A DNA stretch of 58,833 nucleotides from a virus (Duplodnaviria; Caudoviricetes). Position 1 is the stretch's first letter. Each line of letters starts with the position of its first letter. Below the pieces are notes generated by a model. That model worked only from the letters and a program-made list of their open reading frames with translations, was not told the DNA's origin and searched no databases. Made by a program: the position numbers and the translations under genes. This document shows, in pieces, positions 29,283 through 39,514 of the stretch. Location: positions 1 through 58,833 of the IMG/VR virus record IMGVR_UViG_3300028361_000031; one strand, given 5' to 3'.

Positions 29283-29933
29283 ATGGGGTTTTTTGAAGAA
29301 AAGAAATCAGTAAAAAAAGTAAGTAATTCACTTTGGTGTGAACAGTATAGACCAACAAATTTAGAAGAATATGTTGGTAATACACATCTAAAGGAAAAGA
29401 TTCAGGGGTATTTGGAATCGGGTGATATTCCACATTTATTGTTATTTGGTAAAGCTGGCACCGGCAAAACTACATTAGCTCGATTGATAGTAAACACAAT
29501 AGAATGTGATCACATAATCATAAATGCATCCGATGAAAACAACGTGGACACGGTAAGAACCAAGGTCAAGGGATTTGCATCAACCGTGGGGTTTAAGGAT
29601 AAGAAAGTTATTATATTGGATGAGTGTCTAGATGAAAATACATTGGTTTCGGTTATGCGGAATGGTAATGAAGTTAAACTTCCAATTAAAAGTTTAGATG
29701 ATAAAAATGATTTAGTAAAATCGTGGAATGTGGATAAGAGTCAAATCCAATGGCGACCTTTTTATCATTGGAATGTGGGTGTTAGGGATGTCTATGAAAT
29801 TGAACTTGAAAATGGAGAAATAGTGGTATGTACCGAAGAACACAAATGGTATGTATTGGATAAGAATGATAATCTGATAGTAGTAAAAACTAAAGATTTA
29901 CATAAATATAATTATATTTTATCCCCACAATAG
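29283..29933 (+). CDS. clamp loader AAA+ subunit N-part + IntN (29625-29930)
   Basis: WCEQYRP, GKAGTGKTT, INASDE, IILDE|CLDENT...CTEEHKW. Confidence 0.92.
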   Translation: MGFFEEKKSVKKVSNSLWCEQYRPTNLEEYVGNTHLKEKIQGYLESGDIPHLLLFGKAGTGKTTLARLIVNTIECDHIIINASDENNVDTVRTKVKGFASTVGFKDKKVIILDECLDENTLVSVMRNGNEVKLPIKSLDDKNDLVKSWNVDKSQIQWRPFYHWNVGVRDVYEIELENGEIVVCTEEHKWYVLDKNDNLIVVKTKDLHKYNYILSPQ

Positions 29934-29961
29934 GATAAAAAAATACAATTAAATAAGTTAT

Positions 29962-30702
29962 ATGATGGAGTTAAAAAAAATTAAAATCAATTCAATAAAT
30001 AAGTTAACCGAACAACGTAGCGTCTACGATATATCGGTTGAAGGTAATCATAATTTTTTCATTGGAAAAACGGAAACACTAACACACAATTGTGACTATT
30101 TAACCCCAAATGCTCAAGCTATAATGCGTAATCTAATGGAAACGTTCTCACATCACTGTAGGTTCATCCTAACGTGTAATTACGTGGAAAAGGTTATACC
30201 ACCCATTCAATCCCGATGTCAGACGTTCCAGATAGTACCACCGACCAAGAAGGATGTAGCAGTTCAAGTCGCGAGGATACTTGGGTTGGAGAGTATTACA
30301 TACGAACCGCAAAATATTGTAACAATAGTAGATTCAGCTTATCCGGATATTCGTAAGATTATCAACACTGCTCAAATGAATTCTAGTAAAGGTACACTAA
30401 AGTTGGATAAAACTAATATCATAGATTCGGATATACGGACCAAGATTGTAGAAATATTACAATCTAAGGATGATAAACGAAACAAATATATGAATTCAAG
30501 GAAGGCTATTGCTGATTCACGGATGCAGGATTTTACCGAACTGTACACGTATTTATATGAGAAAGTAGATGATTATGCGGATGGAAATACATCATCGGTA
30601 ATCTTGTTATTAGCAGAAGGACAATATAAGGATGCAATGGTCGTGGATCGCGAAATCGTTTTTATGGCCACTTTGGTAAATATAATCGGAGTTGTATCGT
30701 AA
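29962..30702 (+). CDS. IntC (29962-30090) + clamp loader C-part
   Basis: VYDISVEGNHNFF...LTHN|CDYLTPNAQ..RFILTCNY..IQSRC..DIRKIIN. Confidence 0.92.
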   Translation: MMELKKIKINSINKLTEQRSVYDISVEGNHNFFIGKTETLTHNCDYLTPNAQAIMRNLMETFSHHCRFILTCNYVEKVIPPIQSRCQTFQIVPPTKKDVAVQVARILGLESITYEPQNIVTIVDSAYPDIRKIINTAQMNSSKGTLKLDKTNIIDSDIRTKIVEILQSKDDKRNKYMNSRKAIADSRMQDFTELYTYLYEKVDDYADGNTSSVILLLAEGQYKDAMVVDREIVFMATLVNIIGVVS

Positions 30703-30938
30703 TTAATTAGGAATTCTCATTTAAAATTTGTATATTACAATGATGGAAGCAAACGTAACAAAACGCACCGATGATTATATCTTAATCTTTTGGGAAGATG
30801 ATTGGGAATTCGGTAACATTAAAATAGAACGAGATGGAAATGGTATGAAAGTAGATTCGGAGTGCATTGGATTTGATAAATTTTTGAAAGTGATGCGAAA
30901 TATAAATTAATACAACTATACAAAATCAAACTATAGAA

Positions 30939-31334
30939 ATGAGTACCAAGGAGAGTATTTTAAAAAAATTCGAAGGACTAAAGGGTCAATTTGTAATTAT
31001 ATCAAACTGGAAAATTGAAAGATTAGTTGCTGTTGCAGAGGATTTGGACGATTATTATTATATTACATATAATGGGTCGAAGTTAAATTTTCAAACTTGT
31101 TTATGTAAGTTAGTCCAATTAAAGGGAAAACTTGATGAAAGAGATTATAATGAATTTGAGCGATTATCAAGGTTAAACCATTATGATAAATTAATACGTA
31201 CTGAAACATATCGGTGCTATCATAGTGAACTTGGACAACCATTACCAACACTAGATGAATATAAACAATCACTAATATCAACTTGGGATGTAAATGATAA
31301 ATTATTAACTGAAATTATTTTTGATGATGAATAA
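30939..31334 (+). CDS. hypothetical protein
   Basis: 131-aa ORF. Confidence 0.55.
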   Translation: MSTKESILKKFEGLKGQFVIISNWKIERLVAVAEDLDDYYYITYNGSKLNFQTCLCKLVQLKGKLDERDYNEFERLSRLNHYDKLIRTETYRCYHSELGQPLPTLDEYKQSLISTWDVNDKLLTEIIFDDE

Positions 31335-31371
31335 CATTCTACAACGAGAGTTGTTGACATAAATAAATAAA

Positions 31372-32409
31372 ATGAATTTATATAAATTGGATAGTAAAGG
31401 TAAATTACGAATTTTAATCATAACTGCTGAAAGCGGTAATTTAATTCAAGAATCCGGACTTTACGATGGAAAACACGTAATTCATAGTAAATTATGTAAA
31501 CCAAAGAACATAGGTAAATCAAATGAAACCACGGAAATTACACAAGCGGAATGTGAGTTAGATGCATTGGTCATTAAAAAATTACGTGAGGGGTATTCAT
31601 CTACCATAGATGGTGCAAGGAATACCATAACGATTTTACCCCAACTAGCAAAGGACTTTTTCAAGGAATATAAAAAAGTGGATTGGAATGATGCATATGT
31701 CCAACCAAAATTGGATGGCATGAGAGCATTGGGTAAGAGTGGTACATTGACATCGAGGACAAATTCAGTGATTACTACATTATCACATATTGAAAATTCC
31801 ATAACTAACGAGGTTCAGTTTATTGATGGTGAATTATATGCACATGGGTTATCATTCCAAGAAAATATGAAAATCATTAAAAAATACAGAAAGGGTTTAA
31901 CAGAAAATGTAAAGTTCCATGTATATGATATGATTTCAGATAAACCATTTATCGAAAGATACGAGGGATTAAAGGAAATCGTTGCAGGTTTACCACATAT
32001 CGAACTAGTACCAACTTTCAAAATCAACAATATAGGGGAGTTGGAAGATAAATACATAGAAATGATGCAGAACGGATATGAGGGTGTTATGTTACGTTGG
32101 GGAAGTTCCGGGTATCAAATCAACTCTAGAAGTTCTAATTTACTTAAATACAAGAAATTTTTCGATATTGCGTTACCTATTGTAGATATCACCCCGAACG
32201 ATGCAACACCGACACACGGTACTGTTTGGGTCGAGTATAATGGTCAAATTACAAAAACAGGAGCTAAGTTATCCCATAAAGACCGCGAAGAATTATTAAT
32301 CAATAAGGATGAATATATAGGAAAAACCGCGGAAATTCGGTATTTTGAAGAAACGGATGAAGGTTTAATGAGATTCCCTGTATTTTATGGAGTTAGATTG
32401 GATAAATAA
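31372..32409 (+). CDS. ATP-dependent DNA ligase
   Basis: QPKLDGMR, IDGELY, FHVYD, GYEGVMLR, LLKYK, RFPVF. Confidence 0.92.
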   Translation: MNLYKLDSKGKLRILIITAESGNLIQESGLYDGKHVIHSKLCKPKNIGKSNETTEITQAECELDALVIKKLREGYSSTIDGARNTITILPQLAKDFFKEYKKVDWNDAYVQPKLDGMRALGKSGTLTSRTNSVITTLSHIENSITNEVQFIDGELYAHGLSFQENMKIIKKYRKGLTENVKFHVYDMISDKPFIERYEGLKEIVAGLPHIELVPTFKINNIGELEDKYIEMMQNGYEGVMLRWGSSGYQINSRSSNLLKYKKFFDIALPIVDITPNDATPTHGTVWVEYNGQITKTGAKLSHKDREELLINKDEYIGKTAEIRYFEETDEGLMRFPVFYGVRLDK

Positions 32410-32430
32410 GACAACAAAACAAATAGAATT

Positions 32431-32688
32431 ATGTCTAAAATATTAGGAAAAGATGGAATGGGAAATCCAGTAAAACCCAAAACAGCGTTAGAACAATCTA
32501 CACCAATGGAATGTACTAATTGCAGTAATGATGTTTATATACCTGCGATTAAAATGAGAAGATTATCAAAGCTTTTAAGTGGTAAACTGAAAGATGATAT
32601 TATTCCTATTGAAGTATATTGTTGTTCGAATTGTGGTGAACTAAACGAGGAATTATATCCGGAGGAATTGAAATCTTTATTATTATAG
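32431..32688 (+). CDS. zinc-ribbon protein
   Basis: CTNC...CSNCG. Confidence 0.65.
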   Translation: MSKILGKDGMGNPVKPKTALEQSTPMECTNCSNDVYIPAIKMRRLSKLLSGKLKDDIIPIEVYCCSNCGELNEELYPEELKSLLL

Positions 32689-32836
32689 TATGAGATTAAT
32701 ATTAGGTGATAGTGCAATAAAATTAAGAGAATTGGATGATAATTCCGTAGATAGTATCGTGACTTGTTGGGACACAATGTGTTTTTGATTATTTCCTTAT
32801 ATTTATACATAAAATAAATAATCAAAGAATAACTTT

Positions 32837-33430
32837 ATGGATAAACGAAAATTAAAAAATAGCAGTTGGGATAATTTAATAAAAGGGCCAGATGTGATGA
32901 AGAAAATCTCAATTAGTAATCAGTTATATAATACTTGTTTGAATTGCAATGAGAAAATCAAAGTATATCCATCAACACAATCCATAAGAAAATTTTGCAA
33001 TCAAGATTGTAAAAATAAAGGACAATCCAAAGGATTAACCGCACCAATGCGAAAAGGAACAGGTGTTGATATAGTGACAAAGAATCTTAAAGGAAAATAT
33101 TATAAATATAGAAAAAAAGATAAAGTATTAGATTATTCGGTAAGTGAGTTTATAGATAGAATATATAATGGTCATTGTGAGTATTGTGGTAGTACTGAAC
33201 ATCAAACACTTGGACTTGATAGAATTGACAATGATATGCCACATTTATTAAATAATACTAATGTTTGTTGTGAATTATGTAATACAACACGAGGTCATAG
33301 ATTTGATGTAATTCAAATGAAAAGAATTGGGAAACTCATAAAATCTTTTAATATGAATGGTTGGCGGGTTATGAATGAAAAATCTTTATTAAAAATGAAA
33401 GAATCAATAAATAATAAAATACTAGATTAG
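32837..33430 (+). CDS. HNH-type endonuclease
   Basis: CLNC..FCNQDC; CEYCG..GLDRIDN..H..NTNVCCELCN. Confidence 0.7.
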   Translation: MDKRKLKNSSWDNLIKGPDVMKKISISNQLYNTCLNCNEKIKVYPSTQSIRKFCNQDCKNKGQSKGLTAPMRKGTGVDIVTKNLKGKYYKYRKKDKVLDYSVSEFIDRIYNGHCEYCGSTEHQTLGLDRIDNDMPHLLNNTNVCCELCNTTRGHRFDVIQMKRIGKLIKSFNMNGWRVMNEKSLLKMKESINNKILD

Positions 33431-33479
33431 AAGTTAAACCAGAAGTAGTAAAAACTTTGAATAAATTTTTTGGATAATT

Positions 33480-33947
33480 ATGAGTAATACGACAAAAGAA
33501 ACCGCTACTTTGTTTTCACACATCAAACAAATAACTGGTGTACAGGACCCCAAATATTGGGATAATTTGGATGATGCATCTAAACGAACGTGGAGTAACT
33601 ATATGGTGCATAGATTTTTATCAATGGAACCTGATTGGTTAGAAACTATATCAGATTTACAACCTTACACGGAAATATTAGAACCAAGAGAACTTTATCT
33701 TGTATATATTGGTATTCTGCCGAAATCAAGAAAGTTCTTAAAGTATGTTAAGGGTAAGAAAGAAGATAAGCATGAAAAGTGGTTGGTGGAATTAATAAAA
33801 CAGGATTATCAGTGTTCACTAAAGGAATCCACGGATTATTTGGATATTTTATATGCTACCAAAAAAGGAAAGGAACATATAAAGTATATTTGTGAAAAAT
33901 ATGGCACGGATCCCAAAGTTATTGTTAAACTTCGACTTGGTAAATAA
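33480..33947 (+). CDS. clamp loader small subunit (gp62-like)
   Basis: LF.HI..IT...YMVHRFLSM...LPK.RKFLKY.K pattern. Confidence 0.6.
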   Translation: MSNTTKETATLFSHIKQITGVQDPKYWDNLDDASKRTWSNYMVHRFLSMEPDWLETISDLQPYTEILEPRELYLVYIGILPKSRKFLKYVKGKKEDKHEKWLVELIKQDYQCSLKESTDYLDILYATKKGKEHIKYICEKYGTDPKVIVKLRLGK

Positions 33948-34068
33948 TCAAAATAAACAGGACAGGGGCCAAAATTTTTGTTAAATTTTAAGATTTATAA
34001 TTAGGATACTCCGATTTGATTTTGTATATTTACTACATAGTAACTAATAAAAGCTAAATGAATAAGTT

Positions 34069-34434
34069 ATGCGTATATTAAAAATATTATCTAATAGGTA
34101 TTTTGCACAGGAATTAGAAGATGATGATGTCAAAAAATTCAAGGTGATGATTAAACACATCAACGGAAAGGATACCGAGTTTTCCGTTACTTCCGATGGG
34201 ATGGAATTTATTATATCAAATGATAAGACACATTATGATTTACTCATCAACGATACTGGTATTCAGTTGGTAAATACAAAAGATATAATTGATATCCACG
34301 TTTCGGATAGAATTAAACAAAAAGTACTGAATCGTGTTCAGAGCAACATAAACAAAGAAAGACGTGCACGGATACAGAAGATACTATCACGTAAAGAAAA
34401 CACCTTGGATAACATATTATCCAAAATGAACTAA
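34069..34434 (+). CDS. hypothetical protein
   Basis: 121-aa ORF after promoter motif. Confidence 0.55.
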   Translation: MRILKILSNRYFAQELEDDDVKKFKVMIKHINGKDTEFSVTSDGMEFIISNDKTHYDLLINDTGIQLVNTKDIIDIHVSDRIKQKVLNRVQSNINKERRARIQKILSRKENTLDNILSKMN

Positions 34435-34472
34435 AAGAAAACACATTGGATAACATATTATCTAAAATGAAC
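34392..34472. repeat. tandem duplication (~40 bp x2), each unit with internal inverted repeat
   Basis: AAAGAAAACAC.TTGGATAACATATTATC.AAAATGAAC twice; TTGGATAA-cata-TTATCCAA palindrome. Confidence 0.85.
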
Positions 34473-34524
34473 CGACCTCTACTTTGTAGGGGTAGTCTTG
34501 TATCCGATATTCTCGCGTAAGTAT

Positions 34525-34608
34525 GTTAAACTTTAACATATTAAATTAGGAATTGTAAAATTTATTTTGTAGATTAGTGAGATAATAAGAAAAAAGATAT
34601 AAATTATG
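34525..34608 (+). promoter_or_regulatory. repeated promoter/leader module, copy 1
   Basis: TTAAACTTTAACATATTAAATTAGGAATTGTAAAAT identical at 35140; ends TAATAAGA..GATA.AAATTATG. Confidence 0.75.
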
Positions 34609-34839
34609 ACACAGAATGATTTGATTGAAATAGGATTTAAATTATGTGGGGTAGAAGATGACGACCCATATTACAAATTAACATACAGGCCTCCTTTTAA
34701 CTTTTGCATAAGTAGTTTAAGCGGTGTATTAGAAGAGGGTAGTTTTTGGCTTTATGGAAACGACAAACGCTACTCGGATAAAAACGAATTAAAAGAAGTG
34801 ATAAATATATTGGGTAATGAGTTTTATAATTTTACCTAA
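34606..34839 (+). CDS. hypothetical protein
   Basis: 77-aa ORF directly after module. Confidence 0.55.
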   Translation: MTQNDLIEIGFKLCGVEDDDPYYKLTYRPPFNFCISSLSGVLEEGSFWLYGNDKRYSDKNELKEVINILGNEFYNFT

Positions 34840-34847
34840 CACATTGA

Positions 34848-35105
34848 ATGAATTATTATACTAATTTAAAAAATATAAAAATGGATATAGAACAAATGAC
34901 CGATAAGGAAAAAACGGAATTACATATAGATTATGTCAATGAGAGTTATTTAGTTTTTACTGGTAGGTTGAAAACACTGGAGATAAATAAATATGATGAT
35001 GGTGATGTAGAATTAAATTTGGATGATGGTAGGGAACGAATTACATATGTATTTAACAAAAATCAAATAGAATTCCTATCGAAATGGTTGGGTAATTCCC
35101 ATTAA
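34848..35105 (+). CDS. hypothetical protein
   Basis: 85-aa ORF. Confidence 0.5.
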   Translation: MNYYTNLKNIKMDIEQMTDKEKTELHIDYVNESYLVFTGRLKTLEINKYDDGDVELNLDDGRERITYVFNKNQIEFLSKWLGNSH

Positions 35106-35138
35106 CGATTGTGTAACCACAATTCATCATAACCTACT

Positions 35139-35222
35139 CTTAAACTTTAACATATTAAATTAGGAATTGTAAAATCATTTTTGTACTTTAGTAGGGTAAT
35201 AAGAAAAGAGATAGAAATTATG
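35139..35222 (+). promoter_or_regulatory. repeated promoter/leader module, copy 2
   Basis: Near-identical to 34525-34608. Confidence 0.75.
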
Positions 35223-35441
35223 AGAAATTATTTTGAAGAAATAAAGAAATTTTATGGGTATGTATGGGAGTTCTATAACTTAGAAAGTGGTATATATCCA
35301 ATCGCTACCGATGAAAAAATTCAAGAATCGGTAAATATATATTTGGAATCAAAACCCTTGGGTGAGATTCATTTCGATTCATTCGATAGGGAATCGGTTC
35401 GTATGATAATAGAACCGAGTTATTCAATGTTCTTATCTTAA
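35220..35441 (+). CDS. hypothetical protein
   Basis: ATG 35220 at end of module. Confidence 0.55.
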   Translation: MRNYFEEIKKFYGYVWEFYNLESGIYPIATDEKIQESVNIYLESKPLGEIHFDSFDRESVRMIIEPSYSMFLS

Positions 35442-35695
35442 ACATAAAATTACAAAATCATGACACAGATCGATGCAATGAATTTTTACATAGTAGGAAT
35501 GTCCTACTTTATTTTAATGGTGTTAGCATACGTAGTATACAACTATATTAGTGCAGTAATTAACGAACGTAGAACTTTTAAAAATAGAAAACCATGAAAC
35601 AACAATCACAATCAGAAACACTAGAATATTGGTTTACAATTGGAATGGGTAAGGGATTATCATTTGAAGATGCTGTGTTGTACGCAGAAAAAAAT

Positions 35696-35778
35696 GTTAA
35701 AATTTAACATTTTATATTAGGAATTGTAAAATCAATTTCGTACTTTAGTACGGTAATAAGACAGGGATAGAAATTATG
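35696..35778 (+). promoter_or_regulatory. repeated promoter/leader module, copy 3
   Basis: GTTAAAATTTAAC...ATTAGGAATTGTAAAATC...CGTACTTTAGTA..GTAATAAGA..GATAGAAATTATG. Confidence 0.75.
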
Positions 35779-36003
35779 AAAACTGTAAAAGAAATCAGAA
35801 ATACACACGCTGACAGATTTGATATGGGTAATACTAGTAGTAGTTTTTACGAGTTAATCGACAAATTGGAGGAACATGCTAAACTCAAAGACCCACGATT
35901 GGGGAGGTGGGATATAGATACCTATTATAATATTGCGTTCGCTTGGATGGGAAAGGACAAGGAACTGAAACAGAAAGTCGATAGTCTTGATTTTGGAAAG
36001 TAA
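35776..36003 (+). CDS. hypothetical protein
   Basis: 75-aa ORF after module. Confidence 0.55.
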   Translation: MKTVKEIRNTHADRFDMGNTSSSFYELIDKLEEHAKLKDPRLGRWDIDTYYNIAFAWMGKDKELKQKVDSLDFGK

Positions 36004-36131
36004 TCCCAAATCGGCGATTTAATCACGGAATTTAGTAAATGAATAATTAATAATTAAGCAAAATAGTTTTAAAAGAACCGTAACACGGTTAAACTTTGAA
36101 TTATGACAGAAGAAAATAAAAATACAGAACA

Positions 36132-36425
36132 ATGAAAATAAGCAAAGCACTTAAAAAAACATTTAACGCTAATGTTAAAATACTTACTAAAAATGCTATT
36201 AAAACCATAAAGTTAGCGTGTAATGATGGAAGTTACACTGCGGAAGTGGAATTTCTTGAAGATGACTTAAAAATCAGACCAACCTTTAAGATTAACCAAC
36301 AGCTTGTAAGTAACCTACAAAAATTAGGCTATAGAATAGGAAGCCATAACAAATCCTTGCAAGGATTTGTTAATGTTTTTTGGGATGAACCAGATCTTAA
36401 TAAAGAAGATTTTACAAACTCTTAA
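36132..36425 (+). CDS. hypothetical protein
   Basis: 97-aa ORF. Confidence 0.5.
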   Translation: MKISKALKKTFNANVKILTKNAIKTIKLACNDGSYTAEVEFLEDDLKIRPTFKINQQLVSNLQKLGYRIGSHNKSLQGFVNVFWDEPDLNKEDFTNS

Positions 36426-36717
36426 TTGGATATAACGGACGTCAATATGAAGTGGTTGTTTTTCACAACTGATTTATATCGTGTGTTGTACACATTCCGG
36501 ATTTAGTAAAAGGACAAATTTACAATAACATTTTAGATAAAGATATTCCTTTAATGTTTGCAGGTAAAAAACACACAAAAAACGAAATGGGATATTTTTC
36601 TACCTTAGCACAGTTTATTCCTGTAAAAACAGAAAAAAATAAAAATTGGTTTAATTCTATCGAAGTTTATAACAAAAACTTTGATAACGATAACGGAAAT
36701 AAATACATAACTCAATA

Positions 36718-37083
36718 ATGGAACTATCAGAAATAGTAGAGCAAATATTAAAAATTACAAATGAATCTCCTCATAGCCACTTAGATATGGATAGCACAGA
36801 ATCTGGCGAAATATGGAAAATTTTAAATAAAGAACTGATCCAGACCGGGAAGTTTACCGTTGGTGATACAGCACCAACGTCAAAGTTTACCGTTGGTGAT
36901 ACAGCACCAACGTCAAAGTTTGCCGTTGGTGCTGAAGTTGAAATACATGAATGTATTCACGGACACGAATTTGAATTTGGTGAAAAAGTTATTTTAATAG
37001 AAAGGGATGAGGATATGTGGTGTTCTATAAATGAGAAAGGTGTACGGTGGTTTATAGGCGAAGATGAGGCAAATGTTTGCTGA
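36718..37083 (+). CDS. hypothetical protein with internal KFTVGDTAPTS repeats
   Basis: 121-aa ORF. Confidence 0.55.
   Translation: MELSEIVEQILKITNESPHSHLDMDSTESGEIWKILNKELIQTGKFTVGDTAPTSKFTVGDTAPTSKFAVGAEVEIHECIHGHEFEFGEKVILIERDEDMWCSINEKGVRWFIGEDEANVC
36850..36931. repeat. 33-bp in-frame tandem repeat x2.5 with internal hairpin
   Basis: AAGTTTACCGTTGGTGATACAGCACCAACGTCA twice plus partial; CGTTGGTG/CACCAACG inverted repeat. Confidence 0.9.
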
Positions 37084-37393
37084 CCCCTGGGTATGTTCAG
37101 AAAATTTAACGATTAAATAAAATTAAATTATGAATATAAGAAAAGTTAAACAATTGATTAAAATTGCAAGAGAATATAAAATGTATCCATTGGTAAAATA
37201 TTATGAATTGAAAATAGAACTCATCCGAATTACCGATGAGTTGATTGAATGCAAAAAAACTAAAGTTGGAACATACCAAGATTCTGCAGAAGGATATTTT
37301 ACAAAATATTAAATTAGGAAAATCCTTAACATTTATTATTTGGTAATATCAATTAAATTTTATAAATTAGTAAGGTAATAAAAAGTAGTAATT

Positions 37394-37792
37394 ATGAACA
37401 CATTATATTTAATAAGAGGACTTCCGGGAACCGGTAAATCTACATTAGCAAAAACACTGGTCGGCGAGGATGGTAGAAACTATGAGGCCGACATGTATTT
37501 TATTGATGAAAAAACAGGTGAATATAAATTTGATGTTAATAAGTTAGGGGCCGCACATAAATGGTGTGAATACATTACAGGATATACGATGAGTTTCGGT
37601 GTACGTGATGTGGTTGTATCGAACACACTTACTACGGAAAAAGAAATGAAACCATATTTGGAATTGGCGAAATCTTATGGATATAAAGTTGTATCTTTAG
37701 TAGTTGAAAACATTCACAATGGTAAATCCATCCATAACGTACCCGATGAAACTATCGAAAAAATGAGGAAACGATTTACAATCCGAATATAA
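37394..37792 (+). CDS. P-loop kinase (AAA_33 / polynucleotide kinase-like)
   Basis: RGLPGTGKST, EADMYF, AHKWC, VVVSNT, HNVP. Confidence 0.8.
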   Translation: MNTLYLIRGLPGTGKSTLAKTLVGEDGRNYEADMYFIDEKTGEYKFDVNKLGAAHKWCEYITGYTMSFGVRDVVVSNTLTTEKEMKPYLELAKSYGYKVVSLVVENIHNGKSIHNVPDETIEKMRKRFTIRI

Positions 37793-37794
37793 TT

Positions 37795-38061
37795 ATGAAT
37801 AAATATAGAATAATTAGAACCGATGAATACGATAAACATGGATTTAATAAAGGATCCATATTTAGGATTCAACGAAAATTCATACTATTTGGATTTGAGT
37901 TTTGGATTTACGTTATAGATAAAACTACTAATATACTATTCGAACCAATTACACCAAAAATCTATTTTACTACATTACATCTAGCACAAGATTTCATAGA
38001 AACGGTATTGGTACAAAATAAACCGTATAATACATCAACCAACGAAATTATAGAATCATAA
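37795..38061 (+). CDS. hypothetical protein
   Basis: 88-aa ORF. Confidence 0.5.
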   Translation: MNKYRIIRTDEYDKHGFNKGSIFRIQRKFILFGFEFWIYVIDKTTNILFEPITPKIYFTTLHLAQDFIETVLVQNKPYNTSTNEIIES

Positions 38062-38330
38062 TGGATTCATATATAGAGAATGAAATAATATTAGATATAA
38101 CAATAGATGGATATAAATAAACTTAGGGCACTCAATGTTAGCATGATGATAATTTTCCTTGTGGCTAAATTAACAACCACGCGGCATTTCGGTTGGGATT
38201 TCTCATTGGATATATTAATTATTTGTATGGTCGGTATATTAATAGAAAATTATTTACAAGAATTAGGAGATGAGTAAAGATTATAAAGTAATCGAGGTTG
38301 ATTTTATAAAAATAAATAAAAATCAAGAAG

Positions 38331-38735
38331 ATGGATAGTGATAAAGAAAAAATGATGGAGGATTTGGTTGAACTTCTCAACGGTTATATGGAAAAATCGG
38401 TGCAATTGGATAATCAATACGTTGTTGGGTATTACAGAGTTAAGGATGATGAATTATTAGGCTACCACCAATCTTCTTTTTGTGAAATTACCAACGAGAT
38501 ATTGCGGGGAAAACGATATACTGCTGATAACCCATATGCACAAATACAAACAATCAGTGATAATTTAAAGTACATATTGGAATGCACGGAATCGAATCCT
38601 GGATTTATGTCCATGGGTAATGTAATACGTAAAAAATATTTTGATGGGTACACACATGAAGAACTGTATCTTCAAGTGGTTCACCTTACAGATGGTACAC
38701 CGACACATCCAATAAAATTTACATATAAAAGTTAG
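38331..38735 (+). CDS. hypothetical protein
   Basis: 134-aa ORF. Confidence 0.55.
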   Translation: MDSDKEKMMEDLVELLNGYMEKSVQLDNQYVVGYYRVKDDELLGYHQSSFCEITNEILRGKRYTADNPYAQIQTISDNLKYILECTESNPGFMSMGNVIRKKYFDGYTHEELYLQVVHLTDGTPTHPIKFTYKS

Positions 38736-38781
38736 GATATGTGGATTATTATTCGTACATTAGTATTCTAATAAAAAGGTA

Positions 38782-39513
38782 ATGGACATTAAACAAATTA
38801 TAGGATTCGCGAATAAGTATTATACTCTATGGGATTATTCTACGGAGAAAAATTATGTTACTAATTCAAGTGGTAATTCACAGGTATCATCAGTTTATCA
38901 TAAATTTCAATATCTTAAAAACATTTCATTTGATCTTGATAAAGTTAAATCTTTATATCCGAACGTTGAAATCGATGATAGTTTACGTGGTATGAGTTCA
39001 TCATTCATTCGAACTGAAAAAATAAATGTTCCCGAAAATGTTATTCCATTTGGTAAATATTATGGATCCATTATCGATGATATCCTAAAATCAGATTTTA
39101 AATATTGTTTATGGTTGGTTGATAACTCAAATCATGAGTGTGTCGGGTATATAAAGAATAATCCAATTTATATTTCTTACATAGAATCTCTTCTTTCCGC
39201 GGATCGGGAAATCTTAAATAATTCAAATCTACTTAAAGTTGGGGATGTTGTAGATGTGGAGTTTCTTACAAATGGTTATAATTCGAATGAAGATTATACC
39301 GAATGTTTTACCGCCGGCCGGTATGGTGATATTCGGTTATCCATTAGGTGTAATGGGGTTAGAAGGGTAGATGGAATGTATCCATATTTAATGCCAATGG
39401 TTGATGGTAAAGCACAGAGAACAAAAAATAAAACAATCAAAGTAACTATTTCAGAAAACAGTAGAACCTACATCAGTGATGGGGAGGTTGTACAGGATAT
39501 AGCAATATTATAA
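38782..39513 (+). CDS. hypothetical protein with PFGKY.G..I...D..Y..WL motif
   Basis: Motif typical of exonuclease-X C-terminal/DUF3820-like module. Confidence 0.55.
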   Translation: MDIKQIIGFANKYYTLWDYSTEKNYVTNSSGNSQVSSVYHKFQYLKNISFDLDKVKSLYPNVEIDDSLRGMSSSFIRTEKINVPENVIPFGKYYGSIIDDILKSDFKYCLWLVDNSNHECVGYIKNNPIYISYIESLLSADREILNNSNLLKVGDVVDVEFLTNGYNSNEDYTECFTAGRYGDIRLSIRCNGVRRVDGMYPYLMPMVDGKAQRTKNKTIKVTISENSRTYISDGEVVQDIAIL

Positions 39514-39514
39514 A

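Noticed and set aside
34392-36931. CRISPR array from palindromic repeats
   Set aside because: Units are directly adjacent with no unique spacers; no cas operon
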